Translations under genes and position numbers: made by a program | Shown here: in pieces, positions 12,480 through 25,809 of the stretch | Layout: each line of letters begins with the position of its first letter | How positions within the stretch are numbered: position 1 is the stretch's first letter | The notes under the pieces: model-generated | Databases searched by the model: none | What the model was told of the DNA's origin: nothing | The model's input: the letters and a program-made list of their open reading frames with translations, nothing else | NCBI RefSeq assembly: GCF_006345805.1 | Contig: NC_043015.1 | Location: 2,604,001-2,668,000, forward strand | Length of the DNA: 64,000 nt | Direction: 5' to 3' | Source of the DNA: Octopus sinensis | Taxonomy: Eukaryota

Positions 12480-14850
12480 GAAATGTTGTGAATTTCAGTT
12501 TGTCAGTTTGAAAACATTACCTGTTGTTCGATATTTTATGTAAATATCTTTTTTCCATGTTTCAAAACAGCATAATAGCAAATTATATTGCAAACATGTT
12601 GGGTGCTTGGTGGTCTCCTTGCTTTACTCCATTCTCCACGTCAAATGATTCGGAAAGCCTACCACCAAAATTAACTTTATCCTTAATCATGCATAAAAAC
12701 ATTTCGGGGCAACATATTTTAATAAGACTTAGCCACAGTTTCGAGTGCCTTGCCTAAATTAACAAAACAGTGGTATAGGGCAAGATTCTGTTCAATGCAC
12801 TGCTGTTGAAATTGTCTGATAGTAAAGATGCAATCAACTGTGCCCATGAAGGGACGAAAAACACATGTAGACACTGACGCTATATTTAGAGGTAAGAAGA
12901 AATCCAAACGTTTTAACAGAAAACGGGTAACTACCTTTCCAACTACAGACAAAAGCAAATCCCACGAAAATTACCAAAAACATACTTTAGCCCCGATTCA
13001 TACAGGAAAGTTATGTCGCAATACTACACAGTGGCTGTGTGAGCTACGAATTCCTCGTCGCCACTGTTACGACGCACGTTCGGTTGACCTCTACTGAACT
13101 CTACTTCTCCCTCTATATCTACATATTGGGCTAGCCTACTTCATCGTATGGGGGCGTCCACACAAGAGAAACTAGATTAGCATCGAGGGACTTCCTCAGT
13201 ACTCCAACAACGACAAATTAATATATTTAAGAGTTCAAACATTTTGTCGACCCCATATTTCAAGACCTCTTCACAGATTCCATCAAAGACTGGGGTCATA
13301 TTGTTATCCATATGTCTCACTCAATTTGAATCCCACTGAAACATTTGAAGCCACAAATACTTTTGTTTTGAAATCTTCCCACAGATCCTTTGTATCACGA
13401 TTGATACTTTCTATAGCATCGAGGAATATTTGCAGGTTGCTTGGTAATTTGAAATTTGCAAGAGTTAACTTTTCGTGTACATTATTTAGGCATTAACGAA
13501 ACATTCCTATTCCCACGCATTAGACGATAGTCAGTGCAGCTCACTGCTCCCCCCGTAGCAAAAATCGTTCATATCACGCTTTCTGATCAAAATATAATCT
13601 ATAAGAAACGAAGCCTTAGAACGTGGGTGCATCCACGTGCTTTAATATTGATTTTTCTGGTGAAACCGTGTATTGTTAACAATCCGATTATTCTCAGCGC
13701 AAAACGTCAAAACAGCCACTCCATTTTTATCAAATTTTCCAATCCCATGTCAGGTAAAACAAGCCATGGAATGTAATCCTTTCCAACTCCTCTGTTGACA
13801 TCACAAACTGTGACCAGTTTGACAGAACCTGGTACTTTCCTCAATAATTGTGCTAGATCATCATAAAATTGTCCTATAGTTTCATCAGAATGAGACATTT
13901 TTGGTGCATAAATACTGAAAAAAGTAAGAAACCTACATTTTTTTCAGTTTTATACAGCATGATATGATTCGTTCAATTATACTACTTCGAAATTCTGTAA
14001 CGGAGGATACCAATGAATGGTTGAGAGCAAACCAAACACCTTTTCTCTACACTTATCTCATGTAGGTCTCACCAGATGATGGTGTAGCTATAAGTAGGTT
14101 CATATATTTGACCCTAGCCGGTAGATACAATATTATGTGTTATTGCCTGAGATTTCGGTGTAATTTGAGAGGATAATACAAAAGTTATGGATGATTTAGT
14201 GATTTACTGCAAAACCCATGGCGGCCAAAATGATCACAAATGATCTCAGGCAATAACAAATAATATCGTATTTATTGTCTGTAAAAATTACAGAATATAA
14301 TTACAGAATATAAAACAACTTTGATAAAAAATTATATCTACTTTTCTGACGAAAACAATGCCGTTCTGAACATTTCGGCCGCAAGTGTATATCAAAGGAA
14401 CGTGAATTTGTTGAGCTCACATGCAATATGTGCAGTACTCCTCTCTATCCTCTTGTTGGAATTATCATCTAGAACAGTGCGCATACTCCAACAGCCAAAT
14501 TTCAGATGTTTATTTTACTTCTTCTTGACGATTGTTTGACCACTGTCAGTATGATGAACGAGCCCAGCCTGTGATACACTGAGATACCTGTTGAAATAGA
14601 CCTGTACGCTTGACGTTCAAAAGCCTTTTTTGCCATTTACTGAATCTCTCTGAGACATTTCGGAGTAAAGTCCAAGTGCATTTTTAGGTTGTGTCCAACA
14701 AGTTTAATGCGTTTACTAATATCTGATGTACAAGCGCTACCTGTGAAAACGAATATTTTTCAATAGGTGTAGCTTGCACTGCACTATACGTACTTATTGG
14801 CCCAAGATGACTTTAGCCGGTGTGACACGGAAATTGGTAAAACCGGGAAC
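12480..14850 (-). mobile_element. RTE-clade LINE, decayed; 5' UTR, APE endonuclease and start of RT, interrupted at ~14110-14340
   Basis: Minus-strand pieces LKFGCWSMRTVLDDNSNKRIERSTAHIACELNK (APE N-terminus), SIYAPKMSHSDETIGQFYDDL, and LLSVVGKVVTRFLLKRL...FRPFMGTVDCIFTIRQFQQQCIEQNLALYHCFVNLGKALETV (RT motifs GFR...TxDxIF..RQ..EK..EQ...FVDLxKAFD). Confidence 0.9.
14122..14273. repeat. ~31-bp inverted repeat around a 90-bp spacer (MITE/fold-back-like) within the RTE
   Basis: AGATACAATATTATGTGTTATTGCCTGAGAT versus ATCTCAGGCAATAACAAATAATATCGTATTT. Confidence 0.7.
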
Positions 14851-15077
14851 TTCCTCATGTTATATTTTGGAGATTTCGTTCTCTTAGTTAGATTACCAAC
14901 CAAGGTTAAAGAGATTAGAAACCAACAACCAAACATTCCATAAAGTGATTAAACATCATCCCGGTGTACGACGAAATGTAAAAGATATGTAACACACACA
15001 CAGAGACACACACACGCACACGCACACACCCACACGCGCACACACATACACACGCGCGCACACACACGCACACACAG

Positions 15078-15215
15078 AGGACCGGGTGTGTGCTGAGTAG
15101 CTTACTTTCTAACCACATGATAATGGCTTTAGTCACACTTATTAGCACCCCGGGCAAATGTCTTTTCTGTAGCCCAAGGCCGACCGTAGACTTGCAATTT
15201 CTTAAACGGAAACGA
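15078..15215 (+). mobile_element. SINE family A, decayed 5' half
   Basis: gtagcttactttctaaccacatg...gggcaaatgtctt...ggccgacc matches the head at 51170-51328(-). Confidence 0.6.
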
Positions 15216-15237
15216 AAATAAATATCTATATACCTAC

Positions 15238-15255
15238 CCATCCATCTATCGATCA

Positions 15256-15297
<42 letters not shown>

Positions 15298-15411
15298 ATA
15301 TCTATCTATCTATCTATCTATCAATCTATCTATCTATCTCGCCATCTATCTATCTTTCTCTCTCTCCCTCTCTCTCTCTGTCACTCTCTGTCTCTCTCTC
15401 TACATATATAT

Positions 15412-15443
<32 letters not shown>

Positions 15444-15445
15444 GT
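15238..15445. repeat. (TCTA)n/(TC)n/(TA)n compound microsatellite
   Basis: Direct observation. Confidence 0.95.
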
Positions 15446-16817
15446 AGGTGTGTGTGTATGCATATGTGTATGTATGTGTAAACGCCTGTGTTATAGGTGT
15501 AGGCAATTTGGTCAATAGAAAATTACGTAAGATAGATGCCTATCTTTGTAGCATAGAAAACGTGACCACATTATTAGGTAGACACTATTCTAACAATCCA
15601 CTCACTACTGCGTCCATATATTCAATAAAGTTTGCAAAATTAAGACTTAAATCCATGCATTCTTGTAGCACGTCTATAGAGAACTTAATTTGCTATATAT
15701 ATATATTCAGCGCCATTCGTAAAGGAAAGCAGGAAGATGTTTCCCATATATTTTATTGAGATCCAGCATATTTCCATCATTTAATAATATAGAAAGAACA
15801 ATGTGTATCGTTCGTTGCTGAGATGTTATCATTTTCAATTACCTCTGCGAAAATTCTAAGCACTACAAATAATACTCTAAAATATGTATATAACTTGTAT
15901 ACATATGGCTTGTATAATACAAACCATATTTATTTTTTATTCCGTATGTTTGTCTGTCACTGTTTGTCTGTGTCTTTGTTTGATTAGTTTTTACCCATAT
16001 ATCATCATGTGTTTGTGCGCATTACTTCTTATTATATATTTCATTTTATTAACAAATAGCAAAGACGAACAAGTCTGGTATAGAATGTGTTTAGATTTCA
16101 GAAGGAAGCAAATTGACAACAACGGACTTTTAATGCATTGTAATTTGAAATATATTCTCTTTCCTCCCGTATTGCTTAGGTGAATGGAGATAACTTATAT
16201 AACAATATTACAAATATTTAGAAGCTTCACTATATCGTAGAGTATTATATATCTGTAAAATGTCTTATAAAAATCAAATATATCCAAATTTTAATTATCG
16301 TGATTTCTATTAAGACATACAAATGATACTAATGTATTTGTAATATATTAAAACATACCTTACAAAATGTATCAATGTTTTTCTCTTTTTTGAAACGTAT
16401 TATAATGCTTATTAAAGAAAATAACTTTACATATCATATGTATTAATATTACAGAGTTATAGTTTACGCAGATTTCCAGTTTGAATGGATTTTCAGAATA
16501 AGCAGGGTATGAAATCCATTTCTTATATCTTTTTCCATATGTACACTTTCGGAATGTCTTCGTAAAATTTTGTTGTTTTGACAGAGTGAGGGAGGATAAC
16601 AATTATATTTTCTTAGGTTTCTTGAATTTAGAAGTATATCAAAATTATATTTGTAATTATATATTAATGGAAGTGTACATTAGTTTAATTTGTTTTTCCC
16701 ACAATGGTTAGTATTTCGATAAAATATCATTATGAACATTAAAAAGAAGCATTCATTTACACACAGACGCACGTACACGTGCATGTATGCATGTTTTTAT
16801 TATTATTATTATTATTA

Positions 16818-16884
<67 letters not shown>

Positions 16885-17779
16885 GACACATGTTGAAAAT
16901 CTGCCTGTGTTTGTGAAGTTGTTAGCTAACTCCTCCTATATCGTATTATCGATTTTCATGAAACTCGACCCGTTAGTATAACTCATGTATGGAAACATCA
17001 TGCCATGCGCAGATTGTTGAAAAAGTTGATAATGGTGTCCCTGGAAGGGATCCTTATATATACCTAATACATTTCATTTTAACAGCCGAAGGAAATAAAC
17101 CTTAATATTCCTAAGAAATTTGGTATAAATCAAATTAAGTATGTTTAGTTCTTAGTAGAGTTATTTTAGCAAATTATCCAACGTAACCGTTAAACAAGTA
17201 AATAGATTCCATGTGAAGTTCGTTCAACAAGAGTGGTATGTTCTGATGGATAATGTTGTATGCTTCTGCGTCCTTCGAATGTGTCTTGATATGAAAGACG
17301 AAGTATATATACTCTAACGATGCGGCATATCGATACGATTCGGATATTCTTTCGTGTATGAGGTGCAATATAAACAAATTTATTGGAACATAATTAAATT
17401 CACAGCAATAAAATTAGACCGTAGAATTTATTTCATTGAATATAACCCATATTTGCAAGGTGAATAAGTATCAGCTGAGCCATTGTTTGTGTTGTGAATA
17501 ACATATGATATTACGTTCAAGAGTTTACTATATTAATTCTTAATTATTGCTCATAACACTCGGAAATACACCGAGCACACGCTATGAACATTTTGTTAAC
17601 AAATATTCTGACATTTTTCCTTAATATCACAAATTCATGATACACCGAAACGGGAAATCGTTTTGTTCTGAATACTAAATTATTCTTCCTAATGGGAATA
17701 ACGTTGATTTATGACGTTCTGAATATTCAAATTGTATGAAGCTAGGGAGAAATAATTATTCAATCAGCACCACAATGAC

Positions 17780-18070
17780 AACCTCCGCTGACATTAAATT
17801 ATGCTATGCAAACCTGGCTGTCGCAGCCAATTGGCAAATAATCTTCCAAATTTCCCAGACCACCTAACGACAATTCTCACAAATCACGAATACATCATAT
17901 AAAAATCCCCCCCAAAATTACACCGCTTTATACGATGGAGAGTCCTGAAGAAAAATCACCTTCATACAAAAAGCAAACACACAAAAACATAAGTATGTAA
18001 CAGCACAAATACACTCATAGTCAATGTCGTACGTACATCATACTTAATAGATAGAAATCGATAAATATAT
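17780..18070 (+). mobile_element. Possible Penelope-like GIY-YIG C-terminal remnant, highly decayed
   Basis: Pieces such as IRWRVLKK..PSYKK resemble the PLE WxILxxxxPY pattern; weak. Confidence 0.25.
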
Positions 18071-19783
18071 CAAAAATTACATTCCAGGGAACATCATGAA
18101 AATGCAAATAAAAATTCAGAAAACTCCACCCACTATTAAAACGTAGCAGGTTCATCATCAGCTATAGTCATTCGCTACATCCTACTGCAAAACAGACACG
18201 ATATGAGACAATAAAATGGAAAAGAAGAAAAATAATTAACCCACTCTCAATGTACGACCGCATTCATTACGAGTTACGCTTCCCAAATACGAGATCACAT
18301 GTACGATCCTACTGGATTATATAGGGGCCAATTAATGTTTTCAATAGCATTTATTATATCTATAGCGTATGAGTGAATACACGCAATGAAAACAATATAG
18401 AACGATTTGGATGTAATACGCATAGAACTTTAGTTTCGTGGTGTCATATTTCACCAGATGTTTTCAGCGTGGAAAATATTTTCTACGTACGTATCCGTGG
18501 AATGCTCTACCATTTTCGCACTAATTCAACGATTATTGAATTCAACTGATGGACGAATACCCATCATGACAACCAACAGATAAATTAACCATCTTTAAAT
18601 ATACATATCAAAAGAATTGCCTGATCTTTTCTATCATAATAGTCCTGAACTGGCACTATAACATCATCAGAATAACAATTCCTAAAACCTTATTTACATC
18701 TCAAAATCAAATTGACATATCGGTAAGAGCTTACTCAAACTTTAGTCGCCAACAAGGGATACACGGATGGAAAACAGAATATTTGCAATTTAAATTTAGT
18801 CACGCAATTCCTTACTGGCGAAAATGCCTGAATTCAAAATGTGAATATTATTAAACCTTAAATAATACTTTAGCGATATTCGTAGTATGTTTGAGTTTTA
18901 AGTGATGCTGCTGTAAATTCCGTTGTATACGTACACTTTTTATGATAGAGCGTGAAAATTGCTATGGTGAACTTAAGAAATGGAGATGTACTTTAAATTA
19001 GTAAAACACTGATATAGATCAGGATTTTCGCACCAACGGGGATTTCTATAGAAACCGATACCATAGGGATATACAAATTGAAAATAAGCATTGTTAACAA
19101 CAGTGCCAAATACTCAGAACCTAAACACTGCTTAGTATCCCAAGAATGGTAATGTGCAATAAAATGCAAATGTAATAAATTCATATGAAACGTTGCCCCT
19201 CATTGTACATATTCAAAAAATCGAGAAATTCTGTGTTTTAACATAATTAGAATGTGAAATGAAAGAATACAAATTCACCTAACAAAAATGCATTTACTCT
19301 TCAATGAGTAAACATATCTCCTATACATATCTCTGAAATATAATGGACGACATTAACACACTAATTTTGCTTCCTGCCTTCCTAAACAAACTTTGCTTAG
19401 CATCACATTAGAAGGCATCACAGTCTAATATATATGTAGTTTTAATCTAAAACTTTCTAAAGTTTCAACCAGGGGTGTATGTTATAATACCCCAAAAATT
19501 ATAGCTTACACTAGTAGATAGACCGCATACCGGGTGGTTTTTCGTCACGCCCCTTGATAATATTTTCACATTTGATTCCCACTTCTAATAAGTTCTATAT
19601 TTCACGTCTAATTATTTCTTTGTATAATAGTGCTCACTTGCTTAGTAAATATTGCTTTCATTATTTTATCACAGTAATAATCTCATTTTTCAAACAAACA
19701 CACAGGTAGTCCAACAACAAAGGGAGAAACAGTTTGTCAAGTTCAGAGTAAAATAGAGACTTAAATTCAGCAGCCCGTATTAC

Positions 19784-19820
<37 letters not shown>

Positions 19821-20644
19821 AAAACAGGCAGAGACAGAGAGAATATTGCAAACAACGAATAAAATAAACATGAAATGAAATATCGTATAAATAAAAGGCC
19901 CTACAATACGCCTCCGAATTTGTTGGCTCAAAACATTGAGAAAAATGGATACATTTAACAATATTTTCTACAAATATCGCTTAAATGTTGTTGCTTCAGA
20001 GTATATAGGGACTTTTGGGAAAGAATCTTTCCGACGGTGTGGGTCGAGGTGTTTCAGAAAATTCACATAACCTGACATATTCCCTCATATCTTTCAGCGA
20101 GCTGGGTACCTTTCAATGAAAATTTGTAGAAATCCCTTCCAAACGGCAAATATTATGATTGTACAGATATTTCTGGGGAAAATGTTTTCGAGGATTTTCG
20201 TATTTTTTTTTAATACCACATAGTTCAAAATGATACGGTTGTAGTGGTGGGAGGCATCTTTGTAGGAGAAGGTTTTGGAAACTCCTTTAATATTTACACC
20301 TCTCTTCCTCATAATCCCACTCCAGAACTATTTCGGCCACTTTCTTTTTGGTCTTGAAACGCAAGGGAAGAAATAATAAAGAAATTGCTAATATTTACAG
20401 AGGGAAAAAGTGATCTAAGGGTGATTAGGCTGTTGTTTCTAGCACATCCCATGATAACCTGCCTCGTTTCTTTATCAATCTCGCATGTATTGATGCATTT
20501 CAATATTTTCCCCTGTGAATATATTTATATGCTTTAAAAAAAAGTTGAGAAATTATATATTTTTTGCAACCCCCCCCCCGCCCCCGGTTGTTTCTGTTCA
20601 GAAATTAAAATATTAGAGACCCTGATCAAGTTATTGCTGGCGTT

Positions 20645-20905
20645 TATCCACATTGATATTAAAAATTACGTAGATCTGTTCGCTTGGCAAGTAACTTGAT
20701 ATGAGATCGAGTTCTGAAACAAAAACATTTGCAGCGTTGAAGATGTTTGCAAACCATTCACGAAAGCACAAATACTGTTAGTTTCCCTTCAACGTTAAAA
20801 CTTAATTTCTGTCAAAATATTTTCGTCTTTTTAAAACCGCGATTGCTTTTCTGATTAAACTTCAGAAAAGTAATGCAGTGCGAAGTTTTGTCAGTGAACA
20901 TCTCA
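20645..20905 (-). mobile_element. Penelope-like terminal fragment with hammerhead-like remnant and inverted junction
   Basis: Minus strand: tcgcggttttaaaaagac-GAAA-atat-TT-tgaca; short inverted copy gaagttttgtcaGTGAACA at 20882-20900(+); abuts a (CA)n tract. Confidence 0.45.
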
Positions 20906-21625
20906 CACACATACACGCGCACACACACACACAAACACACACACACACACACGCATACACGCACTAACCTACATTGACATTCGAACAACACATGAAATCC
21001 AAATAACGTACCTGGCCGCTATTTAAATCGAACAAGTCGTGAACAGAGTTCAATGAAGAAATGACGAATCAATGCATTGCAAATAAAGTATAACACAATC
21101 TGGATCACTGCAACGAATCATGCATGCTTAAAACGAAAACGCAGCTACTGAGCACACAACGCTTAATTCATGAGAGTACGTTAGTACATCCTGGCCACAT
21201 TTTTTTGCGACCTGGTAGATATTGTAGAAAAGAGCACACGCTTACAAGAAGAGAAGTGAAGGTGATGTAATTATATTTCCAAGACAAACAAAATTATCGA
21301 ATAACTGGAACCGTGAATTGTTTATACAAAAGGTGCAATAGACCCTTGAAGTAATTTACTAATTAGAAAAGTGTCATATGTAAACAATTAATACATTTAA
21401 AGAGTATTTTTCTTACCCCACAAAAGTAAATGAAAATAAGTTAAAAGTAATTGCATTTTTATTACCTTTATATATTTAGTGTTTTGCAGAAAGCTCTAAA
21501 TTTTCTTATGACAGCGATTCTGAGTAAATGAATATTCTCGAATTACGATATAGTGAACTACATTGACGTTACGTTTTTATACTTAATTTAGAACTATATA
21601 AGTCCTCCAAAACAGCTGGCCCAGG

Positions 21626-21664
<39 letters not shown>

Positions 21665-21669
21665 CAACA

Positions 21670-21968
21670 TATAATTATCATTAGTGTTCAGCTATTTGCT
21701 TCGCCACATACCAAATTTAGAAACAGGAGTCAAAATTCCTTTTCTGCTACTATAAGAATCTCCATGACGGTAACATACTTTTTACGAAGGCAAAGTGAAA
21801 AACACTGAATCAACACGACCATGATTAATTATTGTTGTTTCTCTTTGCCTTCGTATAAAAGTATGTTACCCTCATGGGGTTTCTTATAGCAGCACAAAAG
21901 GAATTTTAACTAATGTTTCTAAATTCGGTATGTGGCGAAGCAATTAGCTGAACCCTAATTATAATTAA
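21670..21968. repeat. Long diverged inverted repeat (arms ~130 bp, spacer ~40 bp) next to (TA)n; element extends to ~22090
   Basis: gttcagctatttgcttcgccacataccaaatttagaaaca...tacgaaggcaaag versus ctttgccttcgta...tgtttctaaattcggtatgtggcgaagcaattagctgaac. Confidence 0.9.
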
Positions 21969-22592
21969 GTGGATAATTTTACTTATAACTTTTTATTTTA
22001 ACGTACCGATCTACTTGGTAAAATTATCAAGTAATTAAATAATTAATTAATTTGATTAATAAATTTTACCTTTCTATTATTAATATATAACAAAATACGT
22101 AGATATACAAACAGAAGGACACATACACACAGGCACACACAAACACACACAAGATGTTACCAGATTTGATAAAAGGAAACTTGTAATGATCATAGCGGGT
22201 TAAATTTAAATACGGTTCAATTGCATCGCACACATACAATAATATATTAGGTTATAACGTTGTATAGAAAATGAAGTAAAGTACAACGAGATGGAATCTC
22301 AACATTACATCGTATATGATTAGAACTTTATATGTAAGTTTGCAATACTATGTTACTACGTGTTTTATCCAAGAACCTGAAAACACAAAACTTATTACTA
22401 GGTCCTCATAAATGAACCATCCCTAGAACTAGACAGGAAATACACGCAGTATGTAGACATACTCCTAAACCAAGCTTATATATATATATATATATACACA
22501 GTTAGATTAGTTAGTAGGTAGTTACAGTCATCTTTATGTGTGTATATATGCATGCACACGCACACATACACATATACATATATATATATATG

Positions 22593-22631
<39 letters not shown>

Positions 22632-22632
22632 T

Positions 22633-22676
<44 letters not shown>

Positions 22677-22681
22677 ATATA

Positions 22682-22832
22682 ATATTAATTAGAGACAAAA
22701 CCACTATTTTGCAAAACAAACAAGGAAAGACTTAATCAATACGTAAAATTTTAATAATTTTAAAATATTATGTATTGATTAAGTCTTTCCTTGTTTGTTT
22801 TGCAAAATAGTGGTTTTGTCTCTAATTAATAT
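22682..22832. repeat. Hairpin with ~60-bp perfect arms; left part of a (TA)n-flanked element 22682-22930
   Basis: atattaattagagacaaaaccactattttgcaaaacaaacaaggaaagacttaatcaatac and its exact reverse complement at 22772-22832. Confidence 0.95.
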
Positions 22833-22930
22833 ATATAATATTTTACTATAATATTGGATTTAATCGTAAATCTGATTTTTTCCCTGTAAATTTGGATTTA
22901 TTCCATAATATTTAGTATTAGTATTATTAT

Positions 22931-22962
<32 letters not shown>

Positions 22963-22984
22963 TATATCTACGTGACATTTTGTC

Positions 22985-23236
22985 GGTTACAGCAACGAGG
23001 ATTACAGCGGGTCTGATCAACGGAACAGCCTACTCATGAAATTAACGTGCAAGTGGCTGAGTACTCCATAGACACGTGTACCCTTAACGTGGTCCTCAGG
23101 GAAATTCAGCGTGACGTAGCGTGACAAGGCTAATCCTTTGAAATACAGACACAACACCAACAGGAAGGAAGAGTGACAGAAACTTGTGGGGAAAGAGTAT
23201 AGCAGGATTCGCCACACCACCGTGCCGGAGCCTCGT
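22985..23236 (-). mobile_element. Chimeric SINE fragment: family D body joined to family B tail
   Basis: 22985-23148 matches 5425-5590; 23155-23236 matches 38805-38883. Confidence 0.75.
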
Positions 23237-23736
23237 ATATGTCTGTATGTATCTGCATATATATGTGGGTACATGGAAATGAATGTAAACAGATAGACAT
23301 TCAAATATATAGGTATATAGGTAATATGAACAAGCACACACAAATGCAAACACGAAGAGACACAGGCATACTCGCAAATACACATACACAGGCATGCAAA
23401 CACACACACACATACAAACACACGAACGCACAAGCAAGAGGAAATGGAAATTACATACATATATACATACAAAACTAACACACATACGTACATATCTGTA
23501 TCGGACGTGCACTGACTCACTCACCTGCGAACAAAGAATCAAAAACTTAACGTACAGAGCCAACGACTAATGATAATTTTGCATGACGCAACGAACATTT
23601 TAGAAAGAATAAATTCGTAAATGAGTGAAAATCGAACCGGTGAATGCGTTAAATAATAAAATGCTAAAATAGGGTGACTCTCCCCAGAAACATTTAAATA
23701 TGCTTCAACACACGAATTCATAAAAGGACTCTTGCA

Positions 23737-23772
<36 letters not shown>

Positions 23773-25153
23773 ACTATCTGTTCATTAAGAAAGAAATGTC
23801 AGATTTGTCTAATGCATCAATTTCGACAGTCTTTAATTCGTTTGTTTTATCCGGACAATTTTTTATTTTTTTTATTGGTGTCTAATCGTATTGTGAGTAT
23901 TTATCTTTCAAATTTATTTTCTGAACCTAGAATTAAGCTACAATAAAATGGGAAAATTGTGTTGAAAGTGTTGGTGCGTACTTTTATTTACTGCATTGCT
24001 TTTGTTGAAATAAAGTACAAGAGATATTCAGTTCAAAATCAGACATTTCATTCTTAATAACTTTATATAAAAATAGACAAGCAGGCATGCAGTGGGCACA
24101 AGCATTTATATTATTCTGGTAGCTGAACGTAACGGGATTTCTGTCTACCTATAAAGACATATTAATATTTAGAGAAATAATCGTATATTAGTTTCATGAA
24201 AATCATTGAAGGAACGACTTCAAAGGAATTATATGAAATGCCTCTTCTGTGGATTAGATATCCTTTGCCATTTTCAGCATGCATAGAACATTTCCCTCGG
24301 GATCCTAGCTAAAGACATTTCCAGGAACTTCTATGATCTGAAAATCAATCTTTTCCTAAACTGTTTCAAAACCATTGCAAAAATTTAATTAGTTGAAAAC
24401 AAATTGTGAATCGAAGGAACTTCCCTTTACTATCTTGCTGTGGTTTAGTATTTGACTTCATTTCAACCTATGCTTATAATGCAACGCAATAGTCTAATGC
24501 ATGTAAACAGCACTTTGTGCAGCAAATATATATTTAAACGGAAGATAATATGTTTATGCATGAATATAGGTATGCATATGCATATGCACTCACAGATACG
24601 CAAGAGACAAACAAACACATTGCTCTTCGATTTCGAGTACCAACTGCTATATCACAGATAATGCTTCAAGGTATTATTTTGAATGGTGACTGGACGTTCA
24701 ATGAGATCATGAAGAAGTTCTTATTTCATAATTTCAGGATCGATAAAAAGGCCACAAAGCATGGTTGCCGGCTGGCAGAGCTTTAAGAACGTCGTGTTGG
24801 ATGACGTGTGATATTTCTTCCGTCGACTTGCTTTGTAATTTTAACTACGTATATTGATTGCCGCGTTGATAGACTTTAGGAAACATCTGTTCTACGCCAA
24901 TTACCTAGAGCGGATGATTGCTTTAGCGATCATACGATAATCACGGTTTCGGAATAATAAGCACATTTCTTCTCATGACCTTGGAAGTTCTTATAAAGGC
25001 CCAAAGGCCACGCTTTCACGCGCACAAACACACACACCCACAAAGACACTTAAGCACACATACAAACCCACACATATGCATGCATATATATGTATGTTTA
25101 TGTAAACACACTTACATAGGTATATATATATATATATATATATAATTATATAT

Positions 25154-25200
<47 letters not shown>

Positions 25201-25208
25201 TAATAACT

Positions 25209-25333
25209 AATTGTAATAGAGGGCACAGGAAGTACCAACTTGGATAGACATTTTAGTACACTTGGTGGCTTATTCGAGGATTTTGCCACTTTCCTCTAAC
25301 AAGCTGGTACTACCTGTGTCCTTTGTTATAATT
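25209..25333. repeat. Diverged ~34-bp inverted repeat in a microsatellite-flanked element (25200-25400)
   Basis: aattgtaatagagggcacaggaagtaccaacttg versus caagctggtactacctgtgtcctttgttataatt. Confidence 0.8.
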
Positions 25334-25558
25334 ATATATCATACAATTCTATTGATTAGCCATTTACGCCAGTATTGCTTGCTAACACTAATACTACTGA
25401 TATTAATAATTATTTATGTATTTACTGCTAATGATGATAATAAAATAATAATAATAATTATTATTATTAATAATAATAATATATATTATATATATATATA
25501 TATAATATATAATAATAATATATATATGTATATATATAATATATATATATATAATATA

Positions 25559-25651
<93 letters not shown>

Positions 25652-25809
25652 GCTATGAGAGGTAATGTTGTCAGTATGACCCAAAGGTATCAGGTAATGC
25701 TGAGTAAGTGCTATGGACAGATCATAGTTAAGCGGTAGGTTCGGTGATTATGCGAATAAGAAGTTCAACATAGGTCATATATCAGCGTGTGTATATACAA
25801 AAAGTTATA

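Noticed and set aside
20060-20520. Possible DNA-transposase remnant on the minus strand
   Set aside because: Looks coding-like but is full of stops, and I could not assign a family motif with confidence.
21185-21631. MITE with TACATCCTGGCC / GGCCCAGGTATGTA ends
   Set aside because: The terminal match is short and gapped; could be chance.
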